DNA from: Bdellovibrionales bacterium
GTDB taxonomy: Bacteria; Bdellovibrionota; Bdellovibrionia; Bdellovibrionales; JAUICD01
NCBI GenBank assembly: GCA_965262715.1
Contig: OZ253553.1
Location: 1,408,001-1,472,000, forward strand
Length of the DNA: 64,000 bases
Reading direction: 5' to 3'
A program made the position numbers and the translations under genes. Positions 62,371 to 64,000 of the stretch are shown here, piece by piece (position 1 is the first letter of the stretch; every line of letters starts with the position of its first letter). The notes under the pieces were generated by a model that ran no database searches, was not told where the DNA came from, and saw nothing but the letters and a program-made list of their open reading frames with translations.

Positions 62371-62594
62371 AGAGACCTTGTTGCACAAACATCAACTTTA
62401 GTTTATCTGCTAGAGATTTGTGACAGCCTTCTGAAATAGGACTAGGCCAGTACCTTAGGAGACAAAGTTTGTATGAGATATTTTATTCTAAATAAAATCA
62501 TAAAGTAACAGCAATGCAAGGTACGGGGGTTGCCTAAGGCCTATGAAAGAAGGCTGTCACAAATCTCATTCTTAAATCTTTGTGCAACAAATCC
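62371..62594 (+). repeat. Family B structured MITE-like element (best preserved copy)
   Basis: Termini ttgttgcacaaa / tttgtgcaacaa; internal perfect 20-bp stem gagatttgtgacagccttct/agaaggctgtcacaaatctc. Confidence 0.85.
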
Positions 62595-62677
62595 AAATCC
62601 GTTCATAACTACTTAAGCAGCTTTTTTTCTGGGATCCAGCCTCCGGGATCTGAGGAAAAGTTGAACCAAAAAAATAT

Positions 62678-64000
62678 CTATTCTCTGACTAAGGCACTTG
62701 CGCATTCTGCATTTCTATCTTTAAAAAACCTTCCTATGTCATAGTTATAAGCTCTATTTTCCGCAGAAAGAGGTATGTAATGCTCTTGAGTCGAAACTCT
62801 TTCTCTTGCTTTTTTCTCATCGCTATCAAGAGTATCTATTAATTGATCTAGATTTTCTCTAGGACCATAGTTTTTCACAAGATTTTCAATGTCTTGATTA
62901 TCAATATAAGACCTAAAAGCTTCCCAATTTTGTTCATAAAATAACCCAACTTCCTCAAGCATCCTGTAAAATAAAATATCTGGCTCTTCTGATACCCTTA
63001 CACTCTCATTCAAAGTTTCATCATCTGCCATAAGATTAAGCCCACTTCTTAGATAAAAGAACTCCTCTGTGGTATTCTGTTCTAAAAATTTAAACAATTC
63101 TTCTTGTTCAAGATTTTCATATCTTTCCCAAAAAGACAGATAAACATCTGCAATCTGTGAAATATCCGCATCAGGACCTAAAGTTATAGAGTAATCATGG
63201 GCCTTAACAGTTTCAAACAAACCATGAATCACTGCTGCTAGATTCTTAAAAGAAGCTCTGGCTTGTTCTCTATAAGTATTTGTCATTGCTACATTATTTT
63301 GTTTAAGTGTTTCAAAGAAGTCCCTTTCTAAAACTGCTAAAAGTCGGCTGATTTGTCTTCGGTTATCATATAAAATTAGCTCCTGCATAGACAAAAACAA
63401 CACTTCCTGATGAACTTGCAATCTTTGTAAATGCTGCTTTTCCTCTTCAGTTAAGTTTAAATCTAAATCACCATCTTTAAGACCCTCCCTGTTTTCCTTA
63501 CTAATATGCCATCTATGCCATAATGAAAGTATTCTTCTATAAGTTCGCTCTATATCTAAAAATGCTTTCCCTAATCCGGACTGCAGAGAGTTTAAATAAT
63601 TCCATGCTCTCCTATCATCTAGGAGACCTCTTTGTTGAAAGCTAAGCACCTTCCTTAATAAGATAAACTTTCCTACTAAAGAAGAACCAATTAAAGAAAA
63701 TAACCCTAGATTAATACCAAAATCATCTAAATTAAGACCAATAGAACTAGCCATACGATTCATAGATTCAGGTAGTCTTCCAAGACCTGCTAAGTGAAAA
63801 AGACGAGTTACATCATAAAAAAAGTATCTTGTCCAAAGATAGTCAAAGTTTTCTCGATTCCAATTCGTGAATTTCATTTTCCCTTTTTTCACACCTGCAA
63901 GTTCATTTACAAATGCTTGTTCTGCCCACCACACTCTAGCAACACCATTTAAAAGGATATTAGGAATAGCAATTAAATTGATGACAGTAAAAAGGTATAA
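62678..64000 (-). CDS. Hypothetical helical protein (3' part; start probably beyond the window end)
   Basis: ORF of at least 418 aa near the window edge; no recognisable motif. Confidence 0.7.
   Translation of the reverse strand, partial: LYLFTVINLIAIPNILLNGVARVWWAEQAFVNELAGVKKGKMKFTNWNRENFDYLWTRYFFYDVTRLFHLAGLGRLPESMNRMASSIGLNLDDFGINLGLFSLIGSSLVGKFILLRKVLSFQQRGLLDDRRAWNYLNSLQSGLGKAFLDIERTYRRILSLWHRWHISKENREGLKDGDLDLNLTEEEKQHLQRLQVHQEVLFLSMQELILYDNRRQISRLLAVLERDFFETLKQNNVAMTNTYREQARASFKNLAAVIHGLFETVKAHDYSITLGPDADISQIADVYLSFWERYENLEQEELFKFLEQNTTEEFFYLRSGLNLMADDETLNESVRVSEEPDILFYRMLEEVGLFYEQNWEAFRSYIDNQDIENLVKNYGPRENLDQLIDTLDSDEKKARERVSTQEHYIPLSAENRAYNYDIGRFFKDRNAECASALVRE

Overview
AT-rich bacterial chromosomal window. 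Gene content (AFQNC-type lipoprotein signals, mevalonate decarboxylase, eukaryote-like class Ia RNR, secreted proteases) suggests a Bdellovibrionota/Oligoflexia-like organism; this is inference. Housekeeping genes (valS, mraY, murD, rpsU, secA, metG, infA, rpmE, atpDC, nrdBA, nusB) sit in unusually fragmented operons. Between them are three putative defence/toxin-antitoxin pairs (ATPase+TOPRIM/DUF3226-like, ATPase+PIN, Panacea+PemK-like), a MacAB-TolC exporter beside a papain-like protein flanked by inverted repeats, an orphan bufferin-like precursor, a Cys-rich tandem-repeat lipoprotein, one full-length and one broken IS30, and the 3' end of a group II intron. The most striking unannotated signal is in the intergenic DNA. 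At least three dispersed families of palindromic elements (about 20 copies) are present, two of them showing compensatory base-pair changes between copies. There is also a pair of inverted lox/dif-like sites with IHF boxes upstream of the repeat lipoprotein. No rRNA, tRNA or CRISPR array was recognised. All calls are by eye from motifs; no database searches were run.
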